Positions 23,693 through 38,708 are shown, counted from the stretch's first letter. The stretch is DNA of 64,000 nucleotides from Octopus sinensis (GCF_006345805.1 NC_043002.1:112468001-112532000); one strand, 5' to 3'. The notes: generated by a model not told the origin, from the sequence alone. Made by a program: numbers and translations.

Positions 23693-23700
<8 letters not shown>
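23298..23700 (+). mobile_element. SINE family A, full length
   Basis: taggcgcagg head, A/B-box-like motifs, ccttgggcaagtg, internal TA/TG tract, aaaagag tail. Confidence 0.93.
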
Positions 23701-23728
<28 letters not shown>

Positions 23729-25335
23729 GTGTGTCAGTTTTCAAACATGACACATTTAGGTCCCTTCGTTGGGATTTCTATGCTTTATTTCACTGAGAAG
23801 TTGACCTCTATGCTGTCAATTTCTGCACATCGGTTTCGTTTCGTGAACCCTACAATCAAAATATTCTGTCACTAAAAGAAGTCGAACAAAAGGAAAGAGA
23901 CTACCCCCAAACTTTCAAACGAAAACTGTCCTATCTCCATACAACGCTCTATTTGGTGTTGGGTAAGAAAATCTGAAATGTGATTCTTTTGCTATTAGCA
24001 TGTTCCGCAAAACTGAAGCGAACCATCTCAAAACGGTGCCAAAAGAAACAAACACCAAAAATTATTAAAGGGAACCACCATGAGTGACGTTAACCTTTAT
24101 GACCTTCACCTCTATGCGTCTCTAAAAGGTAAATATGAAAGTGGCCATAGAAGATGTTCATTAATATTTTGAACCGTATGTACAACTCTTATATCTTGCA
24201 CTCTAATAAGGCGGTAAGCTGGCAGAATCGTTAACACGCCGGGCAAAAATGCTAAGCGGTATTTCATCCGTCTTTACGTTCTGAGTTCAAATTCCGCCGA
24301 GATCGACTTTGTCTTTCATCCTTTCGGAGTCGATGATTTTGCCAGTCAAGTGTTGGAGGTCGATGTGATTGTCTATTCTCCTCCCCCACCCAAATTTCAG
24401 GCCTTGTATCTATACTAGAAAGGATCTCTTGCACTCTAATATTTCTCAGAAGTCAAATCCGCGTTGGATTTTATGTAAGAAAAAATGAGTTTTTTCAAAT
24501 GCTGGAAAACACACGCAGATGACACGTCAGAATTCACGACTTCATCTGAAGTAAACTATATTCCCTTCTGGAAAGCGCAAAAACTGTGTAATTTAGATTT
24601 ACCGATCTCAATGTCACTCCTAAAACAAAAAGAACTAGTTTCACGTGCAAAATTTGTAGCATATAACTTTGGAGAGCTTCTGGAAGCAATACCATTCAGA
24701 GGAACTGTAACCTTTTTTTATCATTTTAAATATCACTTTTGCTTTTCATTTTGCATTACTTATAACAATGTTTTCTTTAGATTTTAACAGAAACTGATAA
24801 ATAAATAAGATTACAAGGTAACAAATCTTTATTCTCTTCTTTTCTTCCCCAAATCTGTCCACTTTTCACAAAATATTAGACATATATTTCTGATATTTAA
24901 ACAGAGATACACTAGTCCAGAGAGATAACAGGGTAACGCCGTTATTCGGAAAGGTTGGGAAGGTAAAAGGGGAGAGTGGGGTATATTATGATAACAAAAC
25001 AGGGAACACTAATACAAGTTAAGAGAAGTTAGTATAAGTCAAAGCACTTGTGAACATGACAGGTAAAATGAGCAAGGGAAAGAAAGGAACAGTTGGGAAA
25101 TGAAAACGAAAACTGAAAAGCGAGAAAATGAAACATTGAGAAACTGAAGAAGAGTGAATGGGTGAGATTTTAATAGATTACATGAACTATAAGGAAACCC
25201 TGGGAAATCCTCGTTTTAAATTTTAAAAAGTCTATAACCACCCCACCAAAAAAAAAAAGTTTTGTGGGGACAATGCAGAAATTACCAAGTTCTGACAGCT
25301 TTAAGACAGACTGACAGACAGACAAACAGACAAGC

Positions 25336-25426
<91 letters not shown>

Positions 25427-26014
25427 ACCTACTAGTGGCGTGTAGTCAGTGTATAGCCTTGTTGCTATACCAACACATTATCCAGAGATGTACACTGTCT
25501 ACTAAAATGTAAGAAAATTAATGAAATCATGCAAAACTAAGATTAGGGAGAACAAGCATCAGCTCCATTGTTAACTATTAATTATATAAGCTTCAATATG
25601 CTTTTGTGTGTAATTATGTAGGATAACAGTTCAACGGAAGACATTCCACAAAGCACTAACAATCAGTTAGGATAAATGGAGTCGCAGCAATATTCTACAT
25701 GATAACAATGGAATGAGAGTTAAGAGAAAAATAACAAAAACTTTGAAAAGTACGCAAACTATGTGAAACGCAAATTTTAATTCGTTAAGAAATAACCAGA
25801 GGCAGAAAATGGTTTTGCGAAACAAATTCTTAGAAAAATTTGGAACCGAGTCACAGGGAATTAACAAAAAGATAACACTAATTGTGGTCGTATAGTCCGG
25901 GTCAGTTCTAATCCATGCAATCTATGAAAAGAGCGTTTTAGTCATGATCATCTTATATTTTCAAACATAATGTATCCAGGGCTACATTCAACTACGTGTC
26001 GTATGATTGGAGGG

Positions 26015-26399
26015 GTGGAGGCGCAATGGCCCAGTGGTTAGGGCAGCGGACTCGCGGTCAGAGGATCGCGGTTTCGATTCCCAGACCGGGCGTTGTGAGT
26101 GTTTATTGAGCGAAAACACCTAAAGCTCCACGAGGCTCCGGCAGAGGATGGTGGTGATCCCTGCTGTACTCTTTCACCACAACTTTCTCTCACTCTTACT
26201 TCCTGTTTCTGTTGTACCTGTATTTCAAGGGGCCGGCCTTGTCACTCTCTGTGTCACGCTGAATATCCTCGAGAACTACGTTAAGGATACACGTGTCTGT
26301 GGAGTGCTCAGCCACTTACACGTTAATTTCACGAGCAGGCTGTTCCGTTGATTCGGATCAACCGGAACCCTCATCGTCGTAACTGACGGAGGGCTTCCC
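26015..26399 (+). mobile_element. SINE family C, full length
   Basis: 12-bp TSD atgattggaggg; A box TGGCCCAGTGG; B-box-like GGTTTCGATTCC. Confidence 0.93.
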
Positions 26400-26757
26400 A
26401 TGATTGGAGGGATATTTCACTGTTATTTCTAGTACGCCGAGTAACAGCGTATACCCTCCCAATGTCTCAAAGTATTAGTTTCAAATTTTGGCCCATGGCC
26501 AGAAAGATCGGCGGATGAGTTATGTCGATTACATCGACTCCAGTATTCAACTTGTACTTAGTTTATCGAACCCCGACAGGATGAAAGACTAAGTCAACCT
26601 CGGCGGAATTTGAACTCAGAACGTGAAGATGACGTGCTAACGATTCTGCCAATTGACTGCCTTAGAACGTCTCGAAATACTAGTATTAGTAGATGGCAGT
26701 AAAAACAGTATTTTAGTGTAACTGACATCCTACCTTACATATTCAACTCAACACCAA

Positions 26758-27068
<311 letters not shown>

Positions 27069-28320
27069 AACGCGTAGCGGCAGTTTTGCAGGCATGCACT
27101 AGAACAAAAGTTTTGCAGTATGTTTGGTTAGAGCCAAGATGAACGCTTTTTCCTTCAGTTGACATATTTTTCCTTCAGAGAAATCTTTGCTGCAGGTGGT
27201 TATCACAAAATCTGAATCATTACCATAATGGGTTTCGTTTGTGAAGCAACCATGCCTGAAAGTAAGCATCATTAAAGCACCAATTGTCAAACCATTGACT
27301 CTTCTTCTCTCCAGGAAAGAGACTGCTTTTACTCTATAAAAATCCATGTAATTGGAGGAAAGAATGTAATGTTTTCTTTACGTCTTCAGGTTAGTCATTA
27401 TATGTATACATTTAAATAACAAAAAAGGGAACGAGACAGAATCAGGAGAAAGTCGGATTAAATTATTATTAACGGTTTCTATAGCAATCGTATTTACAGT
27501 AAACTATTTAATCTAGCGACTATTGCATTAGTTTAACGAACTTAAATGTTTGAACGAAAGCATCGTTGTACGCAAACATAATCAAGTATCAGCTTGTTAT
27601 GAGAGCCGCCATCAAACGCTGAGCTTGCTTATTTGCCATTCTATTACGTTGACTGCTTTTACTTCTCCTATTTGATGTAATAAGAGAGGTGGTGAGAGCG
27701 ACATTAGAGGTTCAATGAACACACAACCCGTTAAGGGTGTTAAGCGAACTTCTCTCCCAGACAGCAGTACTTGCAGGTTGACTGGGAATTTTATTGAAGG
27801 TTATTAACCTTGACTAAATCAACTATCGCTTAGATCATTTAGCACTGACAATAATATACCGTTTGGTTAACTATTCACTAATAAATATACTTGCCTGTGG
27901 TAATTTATTTTGGTTTCATCCTTTATAGTTACAAAATGAAAGCCGACTGGACTTTCGTAATAGATGTCTCTATCTTACAAGTCTTTAGATCTTACAAAAA
28001 GCTTCTCGCGAAATAATTAGAAGACAAACACATATATACACTCATGCGCACACATACTCACTTACACATTCACACACACACACACACACACACTCACACA
28101 CATATGCATACACAAACACATGCACATACACACCCGGAACACACATAGACACATACATATGTGCATTTACATATTATAATCCACCGCCCTGCATCGATAG
28201 ATCAATAGATAGACAGACGGACAGGCTGAAAGACAGACAAACAGATAGATAGATAGATAGATAAACAGATAGATAGATAGATAGATAGATAGATTGATAG
28301 ATAGATAGATAGATAGATAG

Positions 28321-28446
<126 letters not shown>

Positions 28447-28933
28447 ACAGATACAGAGAGAGGAAAGAGGAGAGAGAGAAGATAATCATTCGCGGTCTAT
28501 AAAATAAGATAGTCGAAATAATCAAAAACTTGCTGGTCTTGTTCCTACATGATCATCGTTACTGCACCAGAAAAAATGCTTAGAGACATTTCTTCTGGGT
28601 TTATGTTCTGAGTTCAAATTGTTTGAAATTTTAATATTGCCTGAAATTGTATTAGAAAGAATTATAGTAGAAAGGGGCAGAATCGTTAGCACATCGAGTG
28701 AAATGCTTAGCGGTATTTCGTCTGCTGCTACGTTCTGAGTTCAAATTCCGCCGAGGTCGACTTTGCTTTTCATCCATTCAGCGTCCAGGCATTCCTGACA
28801 TGTGGAGTTATAATGAATAGCTGCAATCGTATGTCGGACGGATCTATCTGTCGGCTGAGTCCATACTGAGGATTGCCGCAACAATTTCCTTTAATCGGGC
28901 AGGTAATACTTGTGCCTATAACAGAAAGGATTA

Positions 28934-29013
<80 letters not shown>

Positions 29014-29026
29014 TATTATTATTATT

Positions 29027-29580
29027 GAGTGAGAGAGCAGTTCATGCCATCAAAGTGACACTGGGGTAAAATATACGAATCCCAATATACCCATCATGAC
29101 TACCCGTCTGATAAGGGTACACCAGGCACATGCATCACAACCATATGTGCGCGACATGATGATCTCATATCAAGATAAACAGCACATGACCTTGCAGGTG
29201 GGGCCCAGTTAGAATTTTCTTCTGGTCGAGTAACCCATCCTGCTCAAAAGGTCCCTGACTAAGGGTTGTTTAAGGATGTTGAACGAAACACCCATGTTTC
29301 CAGAGGTGAATTATTCAAACACCAAAGAATCCCTCTCAACACATGGCTATGATGCTCCCCCACTACTTCTGATCGTGATCAGAGATGCACATATCGTCAG
29401 CTACTAAAGGACATGCTCAACTGGTTAAGGTCAAACAATTGACAAACAAATCTGTGGTATTGAGCAGAATATTTGCTGTAGCCCATCTTTTATACCAAGA
29501 CAAAACAATGTACATGATAACACTTCCAATCAGTTAAGATCAGAAGCCAGGAGAACCACTGCCTGGTATTGCATCAGGGC
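29027..29580 (-). mobile_element. Family D: non-coding ~554-bp (TAA)n-embedded element, full length
   Basis: Matches 29603-30156, 38768-39264, 48345-48783; all four share the 3' end ctctctcactc-(AAT)n. Confidence 0.85.
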
Positions 29581-29602
29581 ATTTATTATTATTATTATTA
29601 TT

Positions 29603-30156
29603 GAGTGAGAGAGCAGTGCATGCTATCAAAGTGACACTGGGGTAAAATATACGAAGCCCAATATACCCATCATGACTACCCGTCTGATAAAGGTACACCA
29701 GGCACATGCATCACAACCATATGTGCGCGACATGGTGATCTCATATCAAGATAAACAGCACATGACCTTGCAGGTGGGGCCCAGTTAGAATTTTCTTCTG
29801 GTTGAGTAGCCCATCCCGCTCAAAAGGTCCCTGAATAAGGGTTGTTTAAGGATGTTGAAAGAACCACCCATGTTTCCAGAGGTGAATTATTCAAACCCCA
29901 AAGAATACCTCTCAACACATGGCTATGATGCTCCCCCACTACTTCTGCTCGTGATCAGAGATGCACATATCGTCAGCCACTAAGGGACATGCTCAACTGG
30001 TTAAGGTCAAACAACTGACAAGCAAATATGTGGTATTGAGCAGAATGTTTGCTGTAGCCCATCTTTTATACCAAGACAAAACAATGTACATGATAACACT
30101 TCCAATCAGTTAAGATCAGAAGCCATGAGAGCCACTGCCTGGTATTGCATCAGGGC
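29603..30156 (-). mobile_element. Family D, full length, tandem with the previous copy
   Basis: Same 5' end (gccctgatgcaataccaggcag); separated from the previous copy by a short (TTA)n run. Confidence 0.85.
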
Positions 30157-30194
<38 letters not shown>

Positions 30195-30211
30195 TATTAT
30201 TATTATTATTA

Positions 30212-30243
<32 letters not shown>

Positions 30244-30293
30244 TTATTATTATTATTATTTTATTATTATTATTATTATCATCATCATAATCA

Positions 30294-30337
<44 letters not shown>

Positions 30338-31645
30338 TATTATTATTATACACACAACGAAAAAATCCTAACATCGGGGTACAAGTAATCATAAAATCCC
30401 ATATGATCTTTGTATTTTTATTTTCGATGATGCTTTCGGAGTGGGGTCGTACCAATTTTTTGTGCTGTCAAGTGTCCAATGGACAAACCTGCGTCCTATG
30501 ACGAGTGAGGTAAGAGATGTTACCGTATGACTGAAAGCTTAGAGAGGGGAAGTAACAAGGGCAATAACGAAATATATTCATGTAATACAACAGGCATTTA
30601 ATTTGATAAGGTTTTTATAAGGATGTGGGCAGTACTTGTCATCACAATATTTTGGATTTCTCACAGACATGATTCTTCTGGGATGTTATCTAGATAATTG
30701 TAACATCCTCCCCTTTTTTTATCATACTAGGGGCACCTACAATAACACGAACAGTTCTCGCTTTAAGATGCCACATCTTTTGTATTTCAATTTCCAGGTC
30801 CTTATATTTACTTAATTCATCAGATTCCTTTTATTGAGATGGCAGAATCTTTAGCACGCCGGGCGAAATGCTTAGCGGTATTTCGTCCATCTTTACGTTC
30901 TGAATTCAAGTTCCGCCGAAGTTGACTTAGCCTTTCATTTTTCGAGGCCGATGAAAAAAATGCCAGTTACGCACTGGGGGCGATGTAATCGTCTAGTCCC
31001 CTTCTCCCAAAATGTTCAAGGCCTTGTGCCCAGAGTAGACATAATAATAATGATTGTTATTATTAAGGTGGCGAGCTGGCAGAATCGTTAGCACTCCGGT
31101 CAAAATTCTTAACATCATTTTGTTCATCTTTACGTTCTGTGTTCAAATGCCACCAAGGTTATATTCTTTCTTTTATCCTCCCGGTATCGATGAAATAAGG
31201 TTTCACAAAAATGATCGAGGACTGTACAGAACATGACAAGATGGTATTACATAAAAGCGTGTAAATAGCAAAATAGCAGAAGCAAAGAAGCAGGAGGGAC
31301 AAGAGACCTCCGTTGGCGCTTCGTTGAAATTCTACAATGCCAAGGTCACTTTCACAAGAGCAACTGCCCTACCCCTATCTTCCTCCGTCAGTCTATAGGC
31401 GCATACCTAAAGCAAGACCGTCCACTCAAATTAGCCCTATCATCCTCATCACCCTTTTAACAAATTTGCTGAACGATAGCACTTATCATTGTACACTCGC
31501 TTTCTTTTTGAGAGAAACTTGATAAAGTTGATGAGAGCTTGTTTCCAAAGGTGAATTATCCAAACCTCTAAGAATTCCTTTCAACGTACGACTATGATGC
31601 CACCCACCGCCACTACTTCTGCTTAACGATAACCTTCGCTTCCAA

Positions 31646-32190
31646 TGATACAAATTGGAGAGGATGGGTAAAGAATCTGGCATGAGAGGAGTACTGACCA
31701 ATTCAAGTCATGTAATAGCTTTCGATAAAGTTGAACGCCAATACTTGGTGTCTGTTCTCGCAATGCCGTCTCCCGGCACTTTCTGTATTCAGCCATTCTA
31801 GTCTGATCCACTACACAACCTCTTTCGTTTAGCTCACCAGACAAAGATTACCTGTCATTCTCGGTTAAAGGAAGGCTGATGGTCAATATACATAATGAAC
31901 TCCGCTAAAAGCCGGCTCCATCATTCAGCAGGTGCTCGACATAACTTCGGACATCAGGAATGCTTATGCATGAGCGCATAAGACTAAATCGTTCTGATAA
32001 GTGTTCCTTCATCCTAAGCATTGAATAGATGTCACGTTTCATTACAGCAACCTCAATCGCCGGGAGACGGCATTGCGAGAACAGACACCAAGTATTGGCG
32101 TTCAATTTTATCGAAAGCTATTACATGACTTGAATTGGTCAGTGCTCCTCTGATGCCAGATTCTTTGCCCATCCTCTCCAATTTGTATCA
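31646..32190 (-). pseudogene. Degenerate Tx1-like RT fragment with a 132-bp inverted duplication
   Basis: LERMGKESGMRGVL..AFDKVERQYLVSVL and IYSMLRMKEHLSERFSLMRS resemble Tx1 RT blocks; arms 31646-31777 and 32059-32190. Confidence 0.7.
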
Positions 32191-32631
32191 ATAACAACAA
32201 AATTCAACTCCCAACCGCAAATCCGAAAAACCGACACAAACACTTCTGCGCGATGTTACCATCCAGGGTAGCAAGTCTCGCTCGCTGAGATGACTGCAAC
32301 CTCCCCGAAAATATATCCTATTTTCAGTAAAATTTATTCACTGATCACCGGAATTAGAAATATTGAATTTCTAAATGTCTCAGAGAGACATGAGCGGTGG
32401 TGGAGTGATATAGTGGTTGTATACTATCAAATCAATGTGACACATTGAGTTGACAGTATACAACCACTATATCGCTAGTCCCAGCTGGCAGGGGTGATTG
32501 CCTCCCCTTCACAAATATAAGGACGCAGAAAATGTGTCAAAGCTGACAGGAAACGTCGATGTTTCCTAGGACTAAATGGTGGTGGTGTAATTCCCTTACG
32601 GGACTGTCACATTGAGTTGACAGTATACAAC

Positions 32632-32686
<55 letters not shown>

Positions 32687-33111
32687 ATATATATTAGACA
32701 ATTACAATTAATAAATCTGCATAATTTTGTTTCTACAGCATATTTGATTTAAATGTCTTCTACGTATCTAAAATATTTAAATTATATCTGAATTAGTAAC
32801 CAGTAATTGCACCCAATATCTCTGAAAGCAATTAATTCTTAATCCAACAAAGGCTAGAGGTTAGAAAAAATATTCTCTGACCTGATTAAAGGTCTAGTAT
32901 TCTTAACTCCAAATACAGACTTGGCGTCATAATAGGCTCAGCGTGGTAGCAATTTTTATAGACGTATTTGCTTTTCAAATCTTCCTCTCACACTCTTGGC
33001 ACTCAAAAACTGTAGTTACCAACCAAATATAGCACTAGCTAAACCTAAATATCCTTAGTTAGCTTCAGACCTCGTCAGTGGCAGCACCTTGAATGAAGAC
33101 GCATAGATTAA

Positions 33112-33500
33112 TCTACTACATGTGTGGGAAATTCTGTCTGTGGGTGTGTTTCTGGAGTTGTTAGCTAACTCCTACATCGTTTTATCGATTTTGATGAAAT
33201 TTGACACGTGAATAGAACTCATGTCTGGAAAGCTAATGGCGTACTCAGATTGTTGAAAAAAAATCGATAATAGGGCCCCCCGGAAGGGATCCTTATATAT
33301 ATCTACTATATTTTATTTTAAAAGCCAAGGGAAATAATCCATTCGCCCCTGGAAGGGATCTTTATATATAGCAAAGGGAAATAACCCATTCATTTTCCTA
33401 AATCATTTGGTATAAATCAAATTGTGCATGGTTATGTTTTAGTATTTGAACTGTTAGAGTTATTTTCGCAATTTATCCAGTACAACCCTTAAACAAGTAA
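33112..33500 (+). mobile_element. Possible degenerate non-autonomous Helitron/Helentron-type element
   Basis: a|TCtacta start, ctgtctgt and atcgattttgatgaaatttg motifs, internal gggaaataa repeats; 3' end unclear. Confidence 0.4.
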
Positions 33501-34121
33501 ATAGTATTTTCCTAAAGAATAGATCCACATATTTTGGTTAGCGACTTATTCACGAATATACAACACTAGCTCCCCTGAGGGGAATATTCTCTGGGAACGC
33601 ACAAAACCCTTTTCAGAGTTATTTACTTTGAATTGTTATTATCTCGTATCTGATTAGCCTGATATCACGCAACATGCTTCATGATTTTACTACACATCCC
33701 TTATTAGTATCCTCCTATGTTCTATATGTAGGCTACTATATGTGGGCTACTTTATTTGAGTTATTACTATCGGGTAACTAATTTCATGTTATTACATAAC
33801 TGACTTCACAATTTTGGTATTCATAATTTATTGGAAATTCCTTAGAACAAGATCCTGTCTGAGACAATTTGGTATTCTCGTATTCTCTGTAAATGCACAA
33901 AAACCGTTTTATGGGCTATATACTTTGTATTGTCTTTATTGGATTAAAGAAACAATTATAAGAACGGAACCAAGGCATAAGCCCCGCTTTCCCCGGAATT
34001 ACCTGGTACGTCAGCTAGTAACCAATTAAATGTAACTGGGGGCAAATACAATTTGCGGCATGTCAACGCAGCAGAAAGTTAGTCACACACATTTAAATCA
34101 AATATGCTATATAATTGACTG

Positions 34122-34505
34122 TGGAGGCGCAATGGCCCAGTGGTTAGGGCAGCGGACTCGCGGTCAGAGGATCGCGGTTTCGATTCCCAGACCGGGCGTT
34201 GTGAGTGTTTATTGAGCGAAAACACCTAAAGCTCCACGAGGCTCCGGCAGGGGATGGTGATGATCCCTGCAGTACTCTTTCACCACAACTTTCTCTCACT
34301 CTTTCTTCTTGTTTCTGTTGTACCTGTATTTCAAAGGGCCGGCCTTGTCACTCTCTGTGTCACGCTCAATATCCCCGAGAACTACGTTAAGGATACACGT
34401 GTCTGTGGAGTACTCAGCCACTTACACGTTAATTTCACGAGCAGGCTGTTCCGTTGATTCGGATCAACCGGAACCCTCGTCGTCGTAACCGACGGAGTGC
34501 TTCCA
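34122..34505 (+). mobile_element. SINE family C, full length
   Basis: 15-bp TSD ctatataattgactg. Confidence 0.94.
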
Positions 34506-34789
34506 CTATATAATTGACTGCAGAAATATAGAATTATGCAGAAGTATTAATTATGCAGAAGTATCCATATTCATTGTAATTGTCTTAGATACACACTCGG
34601 TAAGTTATTTGTAATCCTGCGAAGCGAACCAAGGATTTACACATCGAGGGAAATACACTGAAGATGCCTACCTCAAGTAATCCTAGATGCACTTTACCAC
34701 TCGATGCGGTAACTGAATGCTCGAAAGTTACCCGCTTGGATACTTTATCACTTTCTATCTATCTATATATCTATCTATCTATATATCTA

Positions 34790-34827
<38 letters not shown>

Positions 34828-34859
34828 GTGTGTGCGTGTGTATGTATATATATCTTTTA

Positions 34860-35200
34860 TTTTTCATCTTTTACTGGTTTCAGTCATTTGAGTTCGGCCA
34901 TACTGGAGCACCGCCTTGTTCTTTGTAAGCCTAGTACTTAGGCTATCGGTCGCTTTTGCCGAACCACTAAGTTACGGGACGTATACTCTCCATCACCAGT
35001 TGTAAAGCGGTAGTGAGGGACAAACACAGACACATGCACGTACACACACACTCACACACATCAACCAAATCCACTCACAAGGCTTTGGTCGGCCTGAGGC
35101 TATAGTAGAAGACATTTACCCAAGATGTTATGCAGTGGAACTGAACCCAGGACCCTGTGGTTGGAAAGTAAACTTCTTACCACATAGCCACGATTGCGCC
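34860..35200 (-). mobile_element. SINE family A, diverged
   Basis: Family A motifs with many substitutions; another 3' fragment at 37505-37655 (-). Confidence 0.75.
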
Positions 35201-35205
35201 TATCC

Positions 35206-35270
<65 letters not shown>

Positions 35271-35477
35271 ATATATGTATTATGTATGTATATATAAATA
35301 TATATATATATATGTGTGTGTGTGTATGCACATACCAAAAACAATCATGTTTCAATACACTCACACGACTAATTGTACAATTGCATTAATCGTAAGTGCA
35401 CCCCACCACAGACACGCACATACAAGCGCACACACAAATACCCACGTAGAACTATAAAATGTAATGAAGATAGGCAG

Positions 35478-36630
35478 AGACGTGGTTGTGTGGTAAAAGT
35501 TTACTTCCCCTCCACATGTTTACGGGTTCAGTCCCATTGAGTGGCACCTTGGGTAAGTGCTTCCTACCATAGCCTTGGGCCGACCGCGAAAATTTTCCCA
35601 CGAGAGTTCCGGACCCCAGTTATAGACTCATTTGCATGCAGTGAATCAGAACTCTATAGACTAGTGTCATATAATTAAATACAATCATTATAATAAATAG
35701 GTCTATAATTACTACTAATGATATAATAGTACTCACACATTTTCGTGACATTTTTTTGTTTCCTTTTGTACAAAAGGTCATAAAATGAATAAAATTCGTT
35801 TTTCACTGAAGATCGCAGGAAAATGCACATGTGGGACTCGGATAGCTAAAGATACATTAACAATACACACACGTAAATAATTCGTCAATAATATCAATGA
35901 ATCAATGTGTATTTATAAAACCTTCAAGCAGTTTCCGTAATTTCATATTTGTCAAAAACATTATGTTTTATTGCTGTAGTAACTCAAACTTACCGCTAAC
36001 CAGCGTATATGTTCGATGATATTGGCACAATACAAGATTCGCACAGCAATCGGAGGTCGCCATTTTGAATGCCAATCTTTGTTAACTTGACTACAAGGTC
36101 AAGGTGAGCTTTGATTGGTTGTATGCAAAAAAATAAGTTCATTGATCCGAACTCTCGTGGGATCCGGAACTCTCGTGGGAAAAAGAAATTTCGCGGGCCA
36201 GCCAACGCCTTGTGAATGGATTTGGTAGACAGAAAGGGGAAAAAGTCCGTCGTATGTATGTATGTATGTATGTTTGTATGTATGTATGTATGTATGTATG
36301 TATGTATGTATGTATGTATGCATGTATGTATGTATGTATGCATGTATGTATGTATACATGTAAGTATGTATGTATGCATATATATATATATATATGTGTG
36401 TGTGTATGTATGTATGTATGTATGTCTTTGTGTCTGTATTTCTCCCCACTCTGCTTGACAGCCGGTGTTGGTGTGTTTACATCCCCATAACTTTGCTGTT
36501 CGACAAAAGAAACCGACAGAATAATTATCAGTCTTCAGAAGAAAATAAGTTGGGATCTATTCATTCAAGTATAAACCCTTCAAGGCGGTGCTCCCGTTTG
36601 GCCATAGTCTAACGACCGAAACAAGTAAAA
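35478..36630 (+). mobile_element. Diverged SINE A split by a TIR element
   Basis: Head 35478-35583; body resumes at 36197 (gccagccaacgccttgtgaatgg). Confidence 0.75.
35584..36196. mobile_element. Non-autonomous TIR element (~610 bp)
   Basis: TIRs ccgcgaaaattttcccacgagagttccgga / tccggaactctcgtgggaaaaagaaatttcgcgg; extra subterminal copy at 36146-36162; possible 5-bp TSD gccga/gccag. Confidence 0.75.
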
Positions 36631-37345
36631 GATGAAGGATGAAAATAAACAAAGAATATTATGTAAATTTATATATAATATTTTAATTAAATTTTATTAT
36701 GTTTATATAAATACACATATATTTTCTTGCATCCTTACATCCCCCTTCCACCACAACAATAATGTTTAAGTATATATAATCTCTGCTTTACGTCACCACC
36801 AGTGCAACAGAGTAGTAAGCGTAATATTATGTTAAGATGAGATTCACACAATTAACTATGTCAACGGCAGCGCAGTTTGTCTGTCATTCGACCCTGCTGG
36901 TTCCCTGAGACAGTCAAGCTGCTTTATCATAGTATTTTCTTTCTGTGCCCCCTTTAGTTTCCACAAGAAAATAACAATAAAAAAATGGCCGCCTTTGTGT
37001 CCAAACCTGACTCATAGCCGGAAGGAGAGGGATAGCGAAGAAGAAGTGGTGTGAGAGGTGGAGGAGTGAGAGTAGATGCAACCTGATTCTTGGATATGGA
37101 TCCAGTGACTGGCTTTACTCATAGTAAAACAACTCACATTAAAGATTTCATCTATTACTGACCGTATCTATTGTTTTGTTGCTTTCTTGCATTTATTTCT
37201 CCGTTGCATCTCCCTGACTCTCTATCATCCATCTTCTTCTTCTCTTTCCCCTTCCTCTCTCTTTCACTCATTCTCTCTTTCTCCGTATCTATCTGTCTAT
37301 CTATCAATCCATCCATCCATCCACCTAGCTAGGTGGCAAGCTGTC

Positions 37346-37384
<39 letters not shown>

Positions 37385-37931
37385 GCCTGTCTGCCTGCCT
37401 GTACGCCTGTCTGTCTTTCTATCTATTTATCCCTCTCCCTTCCTCTCATCGTGTTTCCTACTTCTTATCTGTTCAGTCAGACACTCTTTATGATGCCCTC
37501 CCTATATCTTACTCTTTTACTCTTTTACTTGCTTCAGTCATTTGACTGCGGCCATGCTGGAGCACCAACCTTTAGTCGAGCAAATCGACCCTGGGACTTA
37601 TTCTTTGTAAGCCCAGTACTTATTCTATCGGTCTCTTTTGCCGAACCACTAAGTTACTTCAATTTTGTTTTACAGATATGTGCATGTAGACAGACAGACA
37701 GACAGATAAATAGATAGATATACACACCTACATATGTATCATTTTACTTGTATATACATATATATATATGTGCGACTGTATATATTTCTCTGTGTGTGTC
37801 TGTGTGTGCGCGTTTGTTTGAGTGTACGTCTGTGCACGTATTGATGTATGTATATATCTATGTATATATATGTTTAACTTGTCCCTGTCTCTGTCTCACT
37901 ATATCAGCCATTTTGTCTCCCCGACATCTTT

Positions 37932-37968
<37 letters not shown>

Positions 37969-38708
37969 GTCTCTCTTTCTGCCTTTACTCTCCCTCCCTC
38001 CCTCTCTTCCGTTTCTCTTCTCTACGCTCCTAATAGCTTCCTATTCCGTTCCATTGCTTCCATTTTCCCCACAAATTTACCAATTTCTCCTCTAAATATT
38101 TTTTACTGATGTTGTCACACGCTAAACCGACAATCAAGTAAACTATTATTTAAGACACAAATAATATCAACACCACAATCACCAGCGTAACCGCCGCAAC
38201 CACCACGACCACCACAACTGTCACTATCTTCCACTGCTGTCAACCACCATCACCACCATCACTACTATCATCACACAACCAACGAGCATCATTACTACCA
38301 CCAATACAATCGTTTCAACTTACCCCCTCCTCCATCATTATCACGACCACACTATTACCTCTATTACCGCCACCACCTCCCTTCCCAACTACCATCATTT
38401 CAACCAATACCGCTTCCACCACTACCACCACCACCAGCCAGCTAACATTACTATCACCTCACTTTCATGATCGCCACTATTTTCACCACCACCACCATCA
38501 CCACTTGCATTATTATCCCCATCCCATCATAATCTCCACCGTTAACCGCAGCAGCAAAGACATACTTCTTTTCGTTCTGCCTCGTAAGTATTAGAGGGCA
38601 ACGTGACAGAGCCGTCCGAGCAACAATGTTTCTTGTAGCCACTCTTTATCGCAGTTCAGATCCTAATCCTTGAGCTTATAGCAGAAATAATAATTATTAT
38701 TGCTATTG

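Noticed and set aside
24485-24787. 100-aa ORF in non-repetitive sequence (also 22736-22993, 27099-27347, 17415-17606, 45739-45924)
   Set aside because: No recognisable domain and no supportable splice structure; cannot be called exons without RNA-seq or homology search
29027-30156. snRNA-, rRNA- or HDV-ribozyme-derived head in family D
   Set aside because: I could not align the 5' end to U2 or other snRNAs, or build an HDV pseudoknot by eye; left as a test rather than a claim
36975-37010. AAAATGGCCGCC YY1-like motif as a promoter
   Set aside because: Single short motif with no other promoter evidence
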